Below the pieces are notes generated by a model that was not told where the DNA came from, ran no database searches, and worked only from the letters and a program-made list of their open reading frames with translations. From Clostridia bacterium (GTDB lineage Bacteria; Bacillota; Clostridia; Christensenellales; Borkfalkiaceae): a stretch of 64,000 nt of DNA. The position numbers and the translations under genes are program-made. Shown here one piece after another: positions 63,201 to 64,000 of the stretch (position 1 is the first letter of the stretch; each line of letters starts with the position of its first letter). Location of the stretch: contig JAFWBP010000016.1 in NCBI GenBank assembly GCA_017507045.1, forward strand, positions 231 through 64,230, written 5' to 3'.

Positions 63201-64000
63201 GATATAGCCGCGATAATTATGATCGTAAACATCATGAGGCCACACCGGAAATTTTGCCCGTTGCTAAGTTTGGCTCCGTGGAAGCAATTACATATGAGGT
63301 AAAGGACGGCGATACTTGGAAAGAATATACCACGGTATTCAACCGCGAAACCCCGGTGGGAACTTACCGCGCTCTCTATTCGATCGAAGCAACGGCAAAC
63401 TATACTGCCCTAAGCGGTACGTTTGAGTTTAATGTTTCCGAGCCTGAGCACACTTACAACGGTGGCTACATCGTTGGAACAACAATGGACGGTGAAGGCA
63501 ATACCGTTCCCAATGCAAAAAACCACTTCATACTTTGTTCTGTCGAAGGCTGTGATGCAATGTTAGAGGAGAATTGCTCACCCATTACGGATGGCAATAA
63601 TCCTCAGTGGTTCTATGAAGATGGCACCCTCACGCACTGGAACGAATGCGCCAGTTGCTATCAAAAATTGAATATCGCAGATCTCAGCTGGAGAATTGAT
63701 ACGAGCAATCCTAACAGCAATAAGAGCGGCTTCGTACCGGATGGTAGTTTCACAGGCGATATCCGGCTTGATAATAATGCGCCTTTGCACAATCACGAAG
63801 GTTGGTATTGGGAAGCAATCCACCTGAACGATGATATTAATGAAATCGTGATCGGTTACAAGGCTACGCTTTACCTTATCTGTGCAGAAGATGATTGCGG
63901 TCTCACAAAAACGGAAGAAATTATTGCCGTTGCTAAAACATCCTCCACGGGCTGCGCTACGGCAGGAAGCATCACCTACACGGCAACTTCCGCTACCCTT
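60269..64000 (+). CDS. Giant secreted/cell-surface repeat protein, 5' part (over 1244 aa, runs off the window): signal anchor, DUF6273-like domain, MBG-like repeats, Cys-rich modules
   Basis: I translated every line in this frame and found no stop from the ATG at 60269 (GGAGAGGA RBS) to 64000. N-terminus: MVKNYKRNLLIYLLSLCLVAVFSLTAAFA. Motifs: STVRNYLN, DKLWLPSYNE, VWLRTGG, IVRPALHLDL. Repeated pattern: YNG..Q / AG.Y...V / F.V.K. The track omits it because it has no stop in the window. Confidence 0.85.
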   Translation, partial: MVKNYKRNLLIYLLSLCLVAVFSLTAAFAVFEGKKPVEAALSADVGELYAGNRDAGGKVFDKGELQKLFALLSGTENAELSDLNTMATRQGWVAQGSMERKLTYSGNWFTGYSYSETGEWRAFEDTDSGIADGYNVKSPTLGTGAQTWILGDNPTTSEKGALVRANSVKAGGFASPNIIITLGGLKWYPVFLTTQNNGTTASDSNHIILTLWSAETDYTSTWGGNSNEYANSTVRNYLNTAEVWKKFTENTTGANNDLYNYIVAPKDVAYQQNQKLLSTPVNVNDAMLGSADSGANNYVYAQTETGKWRADMQEYPNTASNGAAWASDKLWLPSYNEAGVRARYTYTRGVAEDWSGIIGGEAHAYNSSVVQYVGDLYPGTVWGANETQGTAHYSMSTGDIVWLRTGGMDATNTNTALAYATAIGSDGKHVETNGYEGAAVSEEGIVRPALHLDLTAAWAAAALTRSFDEVLDQEALSEAGLTAVPGENGIYEYVYDGKTPSIKLKDGRVFTASNENVGDYSFSVDPTEGYIWKDYNPILPGGAVREGDLVIRIRKRRINAYVSGVAPYQDEFIPASSQVMFLDADGVLAPSQISAMLVNVNYTFEWCEVGHENDNEWVNTTTGFGPESLLSAKISLTVADPDVPSTANNFEVVHTISSVTVGDVQVYAPTIQSLSYNGAAQILGNRSLNELIALFNEAEPTFTGVKDYGETWQTLIQQIKPYDHGENGPNYTDVNVGTTTSYYVRISLKAGYKWNTSATMNARIEVEKIGDAMLETLILGYSIIPRQVTVNVKSDPVIFNNSNLFDAITYDFADTGNLNNTQWGGANSMAETMRFNAAFDGGIAPGTTVTNAGEYTLNNFIPLDQNFTVTIGENRTFTVAKRSITAVSSGNPAYTGSTQRATITFEDVAGTLNNVTELIGSNFSATYSLGGNTQDPINAGAYSVSVALFGASAVNFELESESAGTYEITQAINEWLIGYSRDNYDRKHHEATPEILPVAKFGSVEAITYEVKDGDTWKEYTTVFNRETPVGTYRALYSIEATANYTALSGTFEFNVSEPEHTYNGGYIVGTTMDGEGNTVPNAKNHFILCSVEGCDAMLEENCSPITDGNNPQWFYEDGTLTHWNECASCYQKLNIADLSWRIDTSNPNSNKSGFVPDGSFTGDIRLDNNAPLHNHEGWYWEAIHLNDDINEIVIGYKATLYLICAEDDCGLTKTEEIIAVAKTSSTGCATAGSITYTATSATL

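Overview
By-eye reading of the sequence and the six-frame ORF track; no searches or computations were run. The window looks like a chromosomal segment of an anaerobic, spore-forming Firmicute (Clostridia-like). About 85% is conserved housekeeping in familiar syntenic blocks: secG-rnr-smpB, aroK-gltX, thyA-folA, typA, yabP-yabQ-divIC-ppx, aroA, DUF1934-MBL-rho, valS, adhE, rplI, murB-PHP-whiA-dnaE-pfkA, nrdD-nrdG, polA-coaE and one tRNA-Leu(CAA). There is no rRNA, CRISPR array, intact phage or intact transposon.

Accessory or unusual content:
1. An AT-rich left end (1-4260) carries a decapitated large serine recombinase and a two-component operon whose kinase is frameshifted in a T6 run. It sits where ssrA normally follows smpB.
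2. A 784-aa protein fuses a PadR winged-helix head, a roughly 390-aa charged repeat helix (near-perfect 66-bp tandem repeats) and four C-terminal TM helices. I rank this the best candidate for something undescribed.
3. A recurrent intergenic half-site AGTAYTATG / CATARTACT forms palindromes at five or more loci, one of them beside the promoter of that PadR-fusion gene.
4. An M29 aminopeptidase is followed by two COG0523 GTPase paralogs. One has a duplicated His/Cys-rich cassette; the other lacks CxCC and is fused to a DUF1980-like CC-motif domain.
5. adhE is followed 1 nt later by a monomeric [FeFe]-hydrogenase.
6. An open frame of more than 1244 codons (60269 to the window end) is absent from the supplied ORF track and encodes a giant secreted repeat protein.
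7. Several genes (polA, aroK and others) have consensus sigmaA promoters so close to the start codon that their mRNAs should be leaderless.

Start codons were re-assigned wherever an RBS or promoter made the track start implausible.
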